DNA of 60,495 bases from Candidatus Adlerbacteria bacterium RIFCSPHIGHO2_12_FULL_53_18 (GCA_001775475.1 MEWW01000016.1:1-60495), one strand, 5' to 3'; positions 29,301-37,739 are shown, numbered from the stretch's first letter. Notes: a model not told the origin generated them from the letters alone. Numbers and translations: made by a program.

Positions 29301-29657
29301 GCGCGCGGCTTCGTTAAACGTGTCGATACCTATACTCAAAATATCTTTTTTGGTTTTGAGGTTGAGGCGTTTCTCTATCAAGCTCTCAATCGGCAAGCCG
29401 TGGCAGTCCCAGCCCCACCGCCGCGGCACGCGGTACCCCTGCATCGTTTTGTAACGCGGGATGACGTCTTTGATTACGGAAGAAAGGAGAGATCCGTGGT
29501 GCGGGAGGCCGGTTGCAAAAGGTGGTCCATCATAGAAGATAAACTCTCCCTTAGGCGCCCACTTACGGAGCGTCTTTTCAAAAATCTGGTTCTCCTTCCA
29601 AAACTCAACTACCCCTTCCTCGCGCTTGGCTGTCTCACTTTTACCCTTATCGGACAT
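26376..29657 (-). CDS. ileS: isoleucyl-tRNA synthetase (type 2-like) with nested histidine-phosphatase domain
   Basis: IleRS motifs FYDGPPFATGLPHHG, WTISRNRFW, DCWVESGTMPYA and KMSKSKGN are present. The insert at about aa 480-642 carries RHAE, SPFLRTRETA and ISHG motifs. Confidence 0.92.
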   Translation of the reverse strand: MSDKGKSETAKREEGVVEFWKENQIFEKTLRKWAPKGEFIFYDGPPFATGLPHHGSLLSSVIKDVIPRYKTMQGYRVPRRWGWDCHGLPIESLIEKRLNLKTKKDILSIGIDTFNEAARASVMEFEHEWEKYIDRIGRFVDFKNSYKTMDNSYMESVWWALKKLHGKKMLYEGRKVLMYCPHCETPLAKAEIAMDNTYKDITEEAVTVKFKIKNPLRYNLPERTYLLAWTTTPWTLPGNIALAVGKDIDYQLIEKDGEHFIKAGPGSVKGAQLVGMSYEPLFDVPALHGMKSYKVYAADFVNTDEGTGIVHTAVMYGEDDYALGQKEGLPMIQLLNANGTYNDAAPEFIRGEYYKKAEKVIKAHLEEQGLLFKKENHTHSYPHCYRCGTALIYSAVPSWFINIQKVKKSMLAQNERVNWVPAHLKHGRFKHIVENAPDWTISRNRFWASALPIWKEKGGSRLMVIGSLKELLEKTKKSGNTYFVMRHAEAGHNVEGVDDPTGDPANHVTEKGRTDAIHVATVGLKRGSIDLIVTSPFLRTRETAALVQKELRLPESAVMVDERLREASETAHIEVRRRIGEFIFEIERRYTGKRILIISHGNPLWVLQQVAARRPSNDFSKEYMLKTSEVRKLSFTPFPHNKDYGLDLHRPYIDAVTLVDSKGRGYERIPEVVDCWVESGTMPYASNHYPFENKEVFNPGRLWGLWPKGFPAHFIAEYIAQTRTWFYYMHAMGVLLSNQQSFRSVVSTGTILAADGAKMSKSKGNYTDPLQVMDQFGADALRLYLMGSVVMSGEDINFRDEDVREAHNRTIGILWNSYKFFELYKSEWDKSVKAEDSPHVLDRWVLSLLGKTTKTVTEAMDAYDTPTAVRALRSFVEDYSTWYVRRSRDRARGEDITDKKFALATQREVLYTLSCLMAPVTPFVAESIYQGLGAEKESVHLESWPAPYATDEALLSDMAVVRSLASQGLKLREEAGIKVRQPLFVLKVRKLPADHGLVALVADELNVKEVVEDSSIDGDAWLDATLTPELQEEGVVRTLIRRVQEWRKEEGLTIADRPSYTLNVAGEEKEIAEKYRNEILKETGLESLTISEE

Positions 29658-29667
29658 ATTGACAAAC

Positions 29668-29730
29668 TATAGTCGAGCGAGCGAGAGAAGTAAAATCTTT
29701 ATTTTAACTTCCGAGCGAGCGATGACTATA
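29668..29730 (-). promoter_or_regulatory. nested-hairpin element, copy upstream of ileS
   Basis: The sense strand reads TATAGTC-ATCGCTCGCTCG-GAAGTTAAAAT-aaag-ATTTTACTTC-TCTCGCTCGCTC-GACTATA. TATAGT sits 8 nt before the ATG. Confidence 0.5.
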
Positions 29731-29763
29731 TAGACGAAGTCTCTATAGCACTTTCAACGCTTT

Positions 29764-31338
29764 TTACATCTTTTCGGGCGCAGGGATGCCGAGCGCCGAT
29801 AGGCCTTTTTGGAGCGTTTTTTCTACTGCTTGTGCGAGGAGTGTGCCGTACTTGGGAGCACTGCCACCAATAACGCGCTCGCTTGCGTACCAGCTGTTAA
29901 AAGCCGAGGCGAGTTCTGTGAGGTAAGTCGTAACGTAGTGCGGCTCGAGTTCCTTCGCGGCCCGTTCAACTACGTCAGGGTAGTGAAGGAGAAGCCGCTC
30001 AAGAGTGTTCGCGTTTGCCGGCGCGTCACTTTGATCAGCTTTGATACCTACTTTCTCCGCTTCACGCAGTAATGAAAGCGCCCGAGTGTGGGCATACTGC
30101 ACATACGGCCCCGAGTCCCCTTCAAGCGAAAGTGACTTTTCCGGATCAAAGATAATATCTTTGCCGCTTCCCTGTTTTAATACCGCATATTTAATTGCCC
30201 CAACAGCCACGTCTTGCCGGTCCCGCGCGGCTTTTTGTAAATCGTCAAGCAATGCCTCACCAGTAATTATATTTCCTTTACGCGAGGACATTTTACCGGT
30301 TGTGAGCTTTAAGAATCCGTGGAATCGTCCAAGCATTTTGCCTTCAAGATCAGGAAAAATCTTTTCCGCTGCAGCACGGACCACCTTAAAATAATCTTGT
30401 ATTTCATTTGCGGTTACAGTGAGCGAAATATCGAAATCTCCTTTCTGCTTTTTTGCTTCGACCAACCCAAGCTCTTTTGCTTCGTACGTTGGGAGGCCAA
30501 GCGAGTTTATAAACACGCGTGTGTGGAGACCGTATTGCTCGCCGCGAAACACAATTGCCCCCTCACTTTCTTCAAAAACTTCACTGTGCTCCTTAATAAG
30601 CTTTAATCCTATGGGGCCCGTTTCGCTCTCAAAAAAGTAGTGAGCGAATTTGGTGCCGAGCACAGCATAGATCTCTTCAAAATGTTCAAGCGATTGTGCG
30701 CGGCCCTCGTCGTACAACTTGTTAATTATCTCGTCGCTTTTCTCATAAATCTTCTTATTTATTGCATCAATTTTCTCCTTATTGGCCTCGTATTCGTTGT
30801 TGCCATATACATACGCGTCCCCCCATGAAAGCCCTGGTTTTTGCAGCTTAGCCCAAATGGCTTTCGCAACGTGTACGCCCACATCTCCTTGGTAGTTGGC
30901 GCGCACAACTTCTGCTCCTGACATATCAAGCACACGAGCTATGGCCTCGCCTATCGCGTTGCTCATGAGGTGGCCGATGTGGAACTCTTTAAACGGATTC
31001 GGGTCAGTATACTCGACCATTATCTTCTTGCCTTTGTACAAATCGTTTGTGCCCCACCTCTCTTCTCTGGCTGCGGCCTCAACCTCTTTTGCAATCGCTT
31101 CGCGCGAGAGGAAAAAATTTATGAACTTCCCCACTACTTCAACCTTTTCTACCCCATCTATTTTGAGTTTCTCCGCAAGCTCATTGGGGTCCACTTTGGC
31201 CACAAGCGCGGCATTCGTTGAGTAATCGCCATGCGCCATCGAGCGCGGCCGCTCTACTACAAAAGTGGCCCCTCCTGCCCCAAGTGCCTTCAGCGCGGCT
31301 TCTACCGCCGCTTCTATACTGCCTCTTACCATACGCAT
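29764..31338 (-). CDS. argS: arginyl-tRNA synthetase
   Basis: The motif FKEFHIGHLMSNAIGEAI (HIGH) is present. The DALR anticodon-binding C-terminus ends ...PEKM. A possible alternative start is M3 at 31332. Confidence 0.9.
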   Translation of the reverse strand: MRMVRGSIEAAVEAALKALGAGGATFVVERPRSMAHGDYSTNAALVAKVDPNELAEKLKIDGVEKVEVVGKFINFFLSREAIAKEVEAAAREERWGTNDLYKGKKIMVEYTDPNPFKEFHIGHLMSNAIGEAIARVLDMSGAEVVRANYQGDVGVHVAKAIWAKLQKPGLSWGDAYVYGNNEYEANKEKIDAINKKIYEKSDEIINKLYDEGRAQSLEHFEEIYAVLGTKFAHYFFESETGPIGLKLIKEHSEVFEESEGAIVFRGEQYGLHTRVFINSLGLPTYEAKELGLVEAKKQKGDFDISLTVTANEIQDYFKVVRAAAEKIFPDLEGKMLGRFHGFLKLTTGKMSSRKGNIITGEALLDDLQKAARDRQDVAVGAIKYAVLKQGSGKDIIFDPEKSLSLEGDSGPYVQYAHTRALSLLREAEKVGIKADQSDAPANANTLERLLLHYPDVVERAAKELEPHYVTTYLTELASAFNSWYASERVIGGSAPKYGTLLAQAVEKTLQKGLSALGIPAPEKM

Positions 31339-31357
31339 TACAGTAGCACCTAGGGCG

Positions 31358-31396
31358 TTTTTAAAAAAGAATCAGCCGGTCCCCGTAGGGACCGGC
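31358..31396 (-). terminator. rho-independent terminator after 31429..31809
   Basis: Minus strand reads GCCGGTCCC-tacg-GGGACCGGC followed by TGATTCTTTTTT. Confidence 0.75.
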
Positions 31397-31428
31397 CGAG
31401 TGAACCATACGAACGAAGAATGAGTTGA

Positions 31429-31809
31429 TCAGGCCGGCAGGAGTTTGACGTACTCGAGCTTCGGGCATAGGCCCGCCAAGAAGCGACTCTGACGACCCTT
31501 CCACCTGAAGAACTCGTCCCTCAGCACGAACGACACCGGCACATTTTGTCGACGGTTTACATCGATCGAGGTGCGCTCCGCTGTCACAAAACGCACGCAG
31601 CCGTGGTCTAGCTCGATTGCAGATGACCTGCTGAGGTCCATGAGAATATCGAGATGTCTCGGCTTGTAATTCTTCGGGAATTTGACCTCGAGCCTTGAGC
31701 CGGGCTTTAGATGCGGAAGAATCTGGTTGATAGAATCGCCCTTGAAAATGAGCTCCGCTCCGGAGCCGGTCGCCTTATCGTCAACCGCAACCGCACTTTG
31801 AATCTGCAT
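31429..31809 (-). CDS. hypothetical protein (126 aa), monocistronic unit
   Basis: A good SD (GGGAGG) sits 9 nt before the ATG. It has a candidate own promoter (TTGCTA-17-TACTCT) and its own terminator. I recognise no family. Confidence 0.5.
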   Translation of the reverse strand: MQIQSAVAVDDKATGSGAELIFKGDSINQILPHLKPGSRLEVKFPKNYKPRHLDILMDLSRSSAIELDHGCVRFVTAERTSIDVNRRQNVPVSFVLRDEFFRWKGRQSRFLAGLCPKLEYVKLLPA

Positions 31810-31937
31810 TGAGACTTCCTCCCAAATATGTCCCCGCAGGGGCGTTGAAACCAGGCAACTAGAGTAGCACGTAACTTCTACTTTAGCAATATACTCCTTA
31901 CCGCGTGGAGGCAGGGTGAATTAAAAACTCTCCTTAT

Positions 31938-33059
31938 TTAGAGCCTTGTTTGAGCAAGCTCGGGCGGTGTCGTGCTCTCGACTACGGTAACCGTCGTGCG
32001 TCCTATAAGCGCGCCGTTTTGTGTCTCTACGTTGCAGCGCCAACGACCGGGCGTGACTGTGAAGTTGGTAAATCCGCGGAAGCCACCGTCGCGCCCGCCG
32101 CTTATCGCAAACGAGATGCGGGATACCTGCACCCATTTATTCTTGTCTTCGTCATACTTTTCCCATCGGTGGAAAATCGGGGCCGTAAGTTTGGCAGGAG
32201 CGAATACTGAAGAAAAACATACCGCAGCCGACGAGGCATGGAGCGTATAGGTAGAGTTTGTGGCACGCCAAAAAACAAACCACGGCGGCTCTTCGTAGGT
32301 TGCGGAGTAGATGCTTGCCGCCCCGCCCGCAGGGCTCGCCAGCCGCTCTATCGAGTGGTACATGCCGATATTTTTAAGCGAGAGCGGCACGGGAGGAATG
32401 ATGTTAAGGAAGTAGAGCCCGTTAAAAAACAAGAAGACAAGCCCCACCAAGACGGAGACTTCGTAAAACTGCTTCTCCCGCTGTCTGCCGCGCAACACCA
32501 GCCAGTACACAGCGCCTAGGAATAATCCTATAGTCACAAGACTTACTGCCCCGCTCGCCAAAAACACCCAGGTGTCGACAGAGTGGAAAAGAAAAGTCGG
32601 CAGCGCAACCAAGAGATACGTTAGGAGCAGCGTATAGTATGTAACGATGTTGAAGCGCAACTGAGCGTACCGGTTGCGCAGGAACTCGTTGCCAATAACC
32701 ATCCCGAGCAGAAGAAGGAAAAAGAGGGTTGATGCTGCAAAGGTGCCGCTGCGGCCATAGAGCACCAGAAGGTTCGACGCCAGGCCGCCAAAGCAGAACT
32801 GCAGCACGAACAGCAAAAATAGCGGCTGGTAGCCGGTTTCGACATCCCATCTACGGGCAGATTTGATGTTGAGCACAATTATGAGCCCACCGGCCATGAC
32901 CAGGTACGAGAGGAGGATGAGATTGTTGATAGGGCTGTCGGGCCGGTCGGCGATGATGAGGTCGAAGACAAAGCCGGTAGCAAGCCCCAGCACGCGCAAG
33001 TGCTGTTCGTAACGCCACCACAATTCAACTGGTTTTTTAACCAAAGAGCGCACGCCCAT
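31938..33059 (-). CDS. polytopic membrane protein with C-terminal beta domain (DUF2914-like)
   Basis: About 7 TM helices are followed by a soluble C-terminus (FHRWEKYDEDKNKWVQVSRISFAISGG...GRWRCNVETQNG). The family call is from memory and tentative. Confidence 0.5.
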   Translation of the reverse strand: MGVRSLVKKPVELWWRYEQHLRVLGLATGFVFDLIIADRPDSPINNLILLSYLVMAGGLIIVLNIKSARRWDVETGYQPLFLLFVLQFCFGGLASNLLVLYGRSGTFAASTLFFLLLLGMVIGNEFLRNRYAQLRFNIVTYYTLLLTYLLVALPTFLFHSVDTWVFLASGAVSLVTIGLFLGAVYWLVLRGRQREKQFYEVSVLVGLVFLFFNGLYFLNIIPPVPLSLKNIGMYHSIERLASPAGGAASIYSATYEEPPWFVFWRATNSTYTLHASSAAVCFSSVFAPAKLTAPIFHRWEKYDEDKNKWVQVSRISFAISGGRDGGFRGFTNFTVTPGRWRCNVETQNGALIGRTTVTVVESTTPPELAQTRL

Positions 33060-33071
33060 ACCACTACTTTA

Positions 33072-34415
33072 CTACACGAATGAGTCGGGGATCGGAAACT
33101 TCTTGCATAGCTGACGCACCTCCGCGTGAATTTTCTTGAGGGCCGGATTAGCGTGCGCGTGTTTTTTAACGCTAGCCAGATACGCTTTGCGCTCCCCTTT
33201 TTCTGTAGGCAATTGTTCGTCCTCCACTACCGCCATAGCGCGAACAATAGCGTGAGCAATAATCTTCATTTCCGGCTCTTTCATTCTACGTGTCGTTACA
33301 GAAGGCGTACCGAGGCGCACACCGCTAGGATAAAACGGCGAGGAGGGTTCGTTGGGAATGGTGTTTTTGTTCGCCGTAAGCCCAATAGCGTCGAGTGCAA
33401 TTTCAACAATTGCACCCCGCCCTACCCCGCACTTCATAAGCAACATGTGATTATCGGTGCCTCCACTCACAAGTTCAACACCTTCTGCCATAAGATCTTT
33501 TGCAAGCGCTTTGGCATTTCTTACTATTTGCTTGCCATAGGTACGAAATTTCGGAGTTGCCGCTTCTTTAAGCGCGACCGCGATCCCGGCGGTCGTATGG
33601 TCGTGCGGCCCACCCTGCAGGTTGGGAAAAATGGCGCGATCTACTTTTTGCCCAAGTTCTGGGTCCTTCGCAAGGCCTTTTTTGGTCACCATGATCATGC
33701 CGCCACGCGGGCCGCGCAGTGTTTTGTGCGTGGTAGTCGTTACAATGTGTGCGTACGGCACGGGGCTTGCGTGTGCCCCGGCAACTACAAGCCCTGCAAT
33801 ATGTGCAATGTCCGCAGCCAAGTAGGCACCGACGCTGTCGGCAATTTTAGCTAGTTCTTTAAATGGAAACTCGCGCACATAGGCGGTCGCTCCGACCCAG
33901 ATAAGTTTAGGTTTATGTTTTTTAGCGAGCCGTTCAATTTCTTTGATGTCGAGGTATCCGTCTGGCTTTACGCCGTACTGCACTGCCTTGTAGAACATTG
34001 CAGTTGCGCTCGCCTTCCAGCCGTGGGTCAAGTGGCCGCCGGCGGTTAGGAGCTGGCCCATGACAGTGTCACCGGGGTTGCAGGTTGCCAAGTACACAGC
34101 GAAGTTTGCCGGGGAGCCTGAATAAGGTTGAACGTTTACGTACGGGACTTTAAAGAGTTTTTTCGCGCGCTCGCGGGCCAAGATCTCTACTTGGTCAATA
34201 ACTTCGTTACCGCCATAGTAGCGGGCATGCGGATACCCTTCGGAGTATTTGTTCGTTAGGCATGAACCGACAGCCTCCCGTACTGCTTGAGAGACGATAT
34301 TTTCAGACGGTATAAGCTCAAGCCCTTCTGCCTGCCGTTTTTCTTCTGCGAGCAGCAGCTTATATGTTTCTTTGTCCTGTTTTTGTATATGGGTATAGAG
34401 ATTCATAGCTTGCAT
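33072..34415 (-). CDS. glyA: serine hydroxymethyltransferase
   Basis: Motifs LELIPSENIVS and TTTTHKTLRGPRGG (PLP lysine motif) are present. Confidence 0.95.
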   Translation of the reverse strand: MQAMNLYTHIQKQDKETYKLLLAEEKRQAEGLELIPSENIVSQAVREAVGSCLTNKYSEGYPHARYYGGNEVIDQVEILARERAKKLFKVPYVNVQPYSGSPANFAVYLATCNPGDTVMGQLLTAGGHLTHGWKASATAMFYKAVQYGVKPDGYLDIKEIERLAKKHKPKLIWVGATAYVREFPFKELAKIADSVGAYLAADIAHIAGLVVAGAHASPVPYAHIVTTTTHKTLRGPRGGMIMVTKKGLAKDPELGQKVDRAIFPNLQGGPHDHTTAGIAVALKEAATPKFRTYGKQIVRNAKALAKDLMAEGVELVSGGTDNHMLLMKCGVGRGAIVEIALDAIGLTANKNTIPNEPSSPFYPSGVRLGTPSVTTRRMKEPEMKIIAHAIVRAMAVVEDEQLPTEKGERKAYLASVKKHAHANPALKKIHAEVRQLCKKFPIPDSFV

Positions 34416-34460
34416 CCATTAGCTGATAGTGCGGTTATGTGAATCCCTAGATCATACGAG

Positions 34461-35078
34461 TTATATCACCGATTGTACTGCAGTCTTTACGTCTCTCCAA
34501 ACCTCATCCACCGAGCGGCTAGCGTCTATAACGCGAGACTGCGGGAGGTCTTTTGCAAGTTTTAAAAATGCCTGTCTGATACGCTCGTGCGACTCCCGCG
34601 GCATGCTCTCCATGGTGTCGAATAGCTTGCCCATCTTAACCATGCGCCCGTGCCCCACCTCGTAAGGCACGTCGAGGATGATGACGAGATCAGTCGGACA
34701 CCCATCAAATACTTTCTTCAGCACCTCAACCACTATCGGCTCCCAGTCAAACTGCGCGCGCCCGTGTATCTGATAGGCCAGAAACGAAATCCACGAGCGG
34801 TTGGAGATAACGTTTTTTCCTGCGGTAAGTGAAGGTTTAATCAGCTCTTCGACATGCTGAGCGCGGTCGGCGAGAAACAAGAGGAGCTCCGTGGGTAGTT
34901 TGATGTCGCCGTGAGAGTTGTGGAGGAGCATGTTGCGAAGCGTTTTCCCGAGCTCGGTGCCTCCCGGCTCGCGCGTGTAGACAAAATTTTGGTCGCCAAA
35001 CTCCGCTCGCAAGCGGTCTATATGGGTGTCCTTCCCTGCCCCTTCACCTCCTTCAATAACAATATATTTGCCTTTCAT
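34461..35078 (-). CDS. tmk: thymidylate kinase
   Basis: I moved the start to MKGKYIVIEGGEGAGKDT (P-loop). The motif REPGGTELG is present. Confidence 0.85.
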   Translation of the reverse strand: MKGKYIVIEGGEGAGKDTHIDRLRAEFGDQNFVYTREPGGTELGKTLRNMLLHNSHGDIKLPTELLLFLADRAQHVEELIKPSLTAGKNVISNRSWISFLAYQIHGRAQFDWEPIVVEVLKKVFDGCPTDLVIILDVPYEVGHGRMVKMGKLFDTMESMPRESHERIRQAFLKLAKDLPQSRVIDASRSVDEVWRDVKTAVQSVI

Positions 35079-35088
35079 CAAAAGTAAG

Positions 35089-35532
35089 TTACCTAAAGCT
35101 GGTATAGTGCATCCCCTGGTCAAGTCTTTCAAGTACTGGCCGAATGTAGTTAATAGTATTATCAGGTAAATTGTTTAGCGGAAACCACGAAAGATCCCCG
35201 CAACGATCAGGCTCCATATTTTTTGGCTCACCCTTCCACTTCTCCGTTACAAAAAAGATGCAGAAGTATTCGTAGTTGCCTGAGAGGTTATGCACGACGT
35301 GCACGGGAGTAAGATCTTGTGCGCTTACTTTAACTCCGGCTTCTTCCATTGCTTCTCGTACTATTGCCTCTTCAGCTGTTTCTTTACCATCTAAATGACC
35401 TGAGACTAGACCGTAATTTCCTTCCTCGTGCGACGTATTAATCCGCTTATGCAGCAAGACTTTACCCTCTTTCCGCATAACTAAAAAAGCTGCTGCGCGG
35501 AAGAGGGGGCGGTTTTCAAATTCTTGGTTCAT
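35089..35532 (-). CDS. Nudix hydrolase
   Basis: The Nudix box is perfect: GHLDGKETAEEAIVREAMEEAGV (GX5EX7REUXEEXGU). Its start overlaps the thyA stop by 4 nt. Confidence 0.85.
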   Translation of the reverse strand: MNQEFENRPLFRAAAFLVMRKEGKVLLHKRINTSHEEGNYGLVSGHLDGKETAEEAIVREAMEEAGVKVSAQDLTPVHVVHNLSGNYEYFCIFFVTEKWKGEPKNMEPDRCGDLSWFPLNNLPDNTINYIRPVLERLDQGMHYTSFR

Positions 35533-36476
35533 CCGTGGATTTTCTTGTTGTAGCCTCCCGAAACAGTAAGTTCAGCCTTAATCGGTGGGTGTGCATCATA
35601 GTTTTCAAGTTTTACCTGCTCGGGCGTAAATGCGTCGAGTGACGGTACAGCATCCTCAATACGGAGGGTTGGAAAAGGTTTCGGCTCGCGTGAAAGCTGC
35701 TCTTTAATCTGTTCGCGATGGTTCTCATACATATGATAGTCACCAAAGGTATGTACGAACTCCCCCGGCTCGCGGCCGAGTATTTTTGCCAGCACGACGG
35801 TGAGGAGTGCGTAGCTTGCGATGTTAAACGGTACCCCAAGGAAAATGTCGGCACTACGCTGGTAGAGCTGCAGGCACACCTTGCCCTGTTTAATATTTAC
35901 TTGATAGAGGTTATGGCAGATAGGAAATCGAGCCCCCTCTCCTGGCTTCGCCATTGAATAAAGGTACTGAGGGTCCCAGGAGGTAACGAGCGTATTGTGT
36001 GCATCGGGGTCTTTGCGAAGTTCGTCTACTACCCACCCCAACTGATCGACCGAACGACCGTCTTTTGCCGGCCAGCGACGCCAGAGTTCACCGTAAATAT
36101 GCGGAAGTTCGCCGTGCTGAGTAGCAAACCCGCTGTCATTTTTTATTTTTTCGACAAATTCTTCTTTAGAAAGACTTGTACCAAATTTTTCTTTGTAAAT
36201 CTTATAGGGATAGTCATCCCAAATATGTACATTCTTATCAACCAAGTATTTAATATTGCTTTGGCCGGAGAGAAACCAGTAGAGCTCGTGCAACACACCA
36301 CTCCAGTACACTTTTTTAGTGGTGAGCATCGGAAATCCCTGTGAGAGGTCGAAGCGTATCTGCGCGCCAAAACAGCTGTAGGTCTTTACCCCCGTTCCCT
36401 TATCAACCTGCTCCTCGCCTTCTTCCAAGGTCTTGCGAAGCAACTCTAGATACTGATACTCGGGATACTTGTTCAT
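35529..36476 (-). CDS. thyA: thymidylate synthase ThyA
   Basis: Motifs YLELLRKTLEEG, GFPMLTTKKV and FPICHNLYQ are present, with similarity across the full length. Confidence 0.93.
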   Translation of the reverse strand: MNKYPEYQYLELLRKTLEEGEEQVDKGTGVKTYSCFGAQIRFDLSQGFPMLTTKKVYWSGVLHELYWFLSGQSNIKYLVDKNVHIWDDYPYKIYKEKFGTSLSKEEFVEKIKNDSGFATQHGELPHIYGELWRRWPAKDGRSVDQLGWVVDELRKDPDAHNTLVTSWDPQYLYSMAKPGEGARFPICHNLYQVNIKQGKVCLQLYQRSADIFLGVPFNIASYALLTVVLAKILGREPGEFVHTFGDYHMYENHREQIKEQLSREPKPFPTLRIEDAVPSLDAFTPEQVKLENYDAHPPIKAELTVSGGYNKKIHG

Positions 36477-37024
36477 TTTTTTCTTTTCTTGGCGGCCACA
36501 TAGCCCTTGATGTTGTTTTTGGAGTATCGGCCCACTTCTTTATAGTTTTGTTTCGGAGGCGAGGAGAGCGGCGAGAAGGTGAGCTGTGCTATAGCCATTC
36601 CCGGATGGAGAATAATCGGCACGTTGTTGAGGTTGCAAAGCTCAAGCGCGATGTTGAGAAAGTGTCCTGGATTCACCAAAGCGGCAGAATTGTGCACCAA
36701 AAGGCCAATACGGGCAAGGCTGCTTTTGCCATTGACCTCAATGAGGTAGTTGTCTGAGCCAAAAAAGTCGCGCGAGTAGCCCAAAATCGAGATCCCCGGG
36801 TGGAGTACAAAGACATCACTATTTTTGAGTGTTATTTCAATCATCTTTGGATAAATTTTCTTTACTGGGTCGATAAAGCTCGAGGAGTGCGCATCGGTTA
36901 CAAAAAACGTGTTGCCGAGCAAAATGTCGTAGCTTGCTGGCTGCAAGCGCGACTCGTCGAAGGGCTTAAGGGTAATCGCTCCCGCCTTAACTGCTTTTTT
37001 AATATCAACGTCTGAAAGCATCAT
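36473..37024 (-). CDS. dcd: dCTP deaminase family protein (possibly bifunctional dCTP deaminase/dUTPase)
   Basis: Motifs LQPASYDILLG and GKSSLARIGLLVH are present. The gene overlaps the thyA start by 4 nt. Confidence 0.88.
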   Translation of the reverse strand: MMLSDVDIKKAVKAGAITLKPFDESRLQPASYDILLGNTFFVTDAHSSSFIDPVKKIYPKMIEITLKNSDVFVLHPGISILGYSRDFFGSDNYLIEVNGKSSLARIGLLVHNSAALVNPGHFLNIALELCNLNNVPIILHPGMAIAQLTFSPLSSPPKQNYKEVGRYSKNNIKGYVAAKKRKK

Positions 37025-37030
37025 AAAAAA

Positions 37031-37705
37031 TTATTCGACAGTAAATATCTTTTCAGTCCCGTAATACTCCGGCCAGTGCGCATTGTAGAACGCAAACATC
37101 CGCTCAAGCCGCTCCTGCGGCAGCTCCACAACCGCGCACGCCTGCATCAATTGTATAACTTCGGCCCGTGCAGAATCTACTTCCCCGGCACTCGGCACCA
37201 CCTTTTCAAACTCGGCAAGCCAGCCATAGCCCGCGTTCTTGTCGAGGCACACTGTTGTACCTTTACACATATATTCCTCCCGCTCGCGCGACCACTTGGC
37301 CTGGTAGCGAAAACCGGCCCGGAGAAGCAGGCGATCAAGTTGTTCGAGCGTTAAGTCCACCCGCTCTTCAAATTCCATTCGCGCAACCCCGTTGGCGCTT
37401 GTGTCGTCGCCCACCGATGCTTTAACTACTAGATATACGGCGCCATCTTTATTGCGGGTGCGGACGGAAATCTCCGTAACGCGAGTGATGAGATCGCTCA
37501 ATTTCTTCAGTACCTTGAAAGGGAGGTGGCCCTCCATCGTTTTAACCAAGGCGGCCATGGCGCCGCCCGTAAAATAGTGATTGAGCTGCTTATTGCGCGA
37601 AATAAGTTTGGAGGCTGGGTCAACTTCCTGCATCTTTTTGCGTAGTGCATCCGCCTTTTCTTCGCTCCCCAAAAGCGACTTTATTTCAACCTCGTAGTTC
37701 TGCAT
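37031..37705 (-). CDS. CYTH-domain (triphosphate tunnel metalloenzyme) protein
   Basis: The N-terminal EVEIK matches the EXEXK signature. The protein is about 224 aa. I chose the ATG at 37705 (the track start TTG is at 37708). Confidence 0.65.
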   Translation of the reverse strand: MQNYEVEIKSLLGSEEKADALRKKMQEVDPASKLISRNKQLNHYFTGGAMAALVKTMEGHLPFKVLKKLSDLITRVTEISVRTRNKDGAVYLVVKASVGDDTSANGVARMEFEERVDLTLEQLDRLLLRAGFRYQAKWSREREEYMCKGTTVCLDKNAGYGWLAEFEKVVPSAGEVDSARAEVIQLMQACAVVELPQERLERMFAFYNAHWPEYYGTEKIFTVE

Positions 37706-37711
37706 CAACCT

Positions 37712-37717
37712 ATCCTA
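37712..37717 (-). promoter_or_regulatory. -10-like hexamer TAGGAT, 6 nt before the CYTH-operon ATG
   Basis: Minus strand reads TAGGAT-aggttg-ATG. Confidence 0.4.
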
Positions 37718-37739
37718 CCCTCTCCGTCATAGAGAAAAA

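Noticed and set aside
28659-29672. Long antisense ORFs inside real genes
   Set aside because: Examples are 337 aa opposite ileS, 223 aa at 7463..8134, 228 aa at 50022..50708, 223 aa at 58936..59607 and 230 aa at 42633..43325. They are shadow ORFs typical of GC-rich coding DNA. Their products are low-complexity and Arg/Ser/Ala/Pro-rich with no motifs. Each fully overlaps a gene with strong family signatures.
23745-29730. T-box riboswitch as the identity of the aaRS-upstream elements
   Set aside because: The elements are only about 60 nt long. They have no T-box consensus (AANNNGGGTGGTACCGCG-like), no specifier loop or terminator/antiterminator pair, and no U-run.
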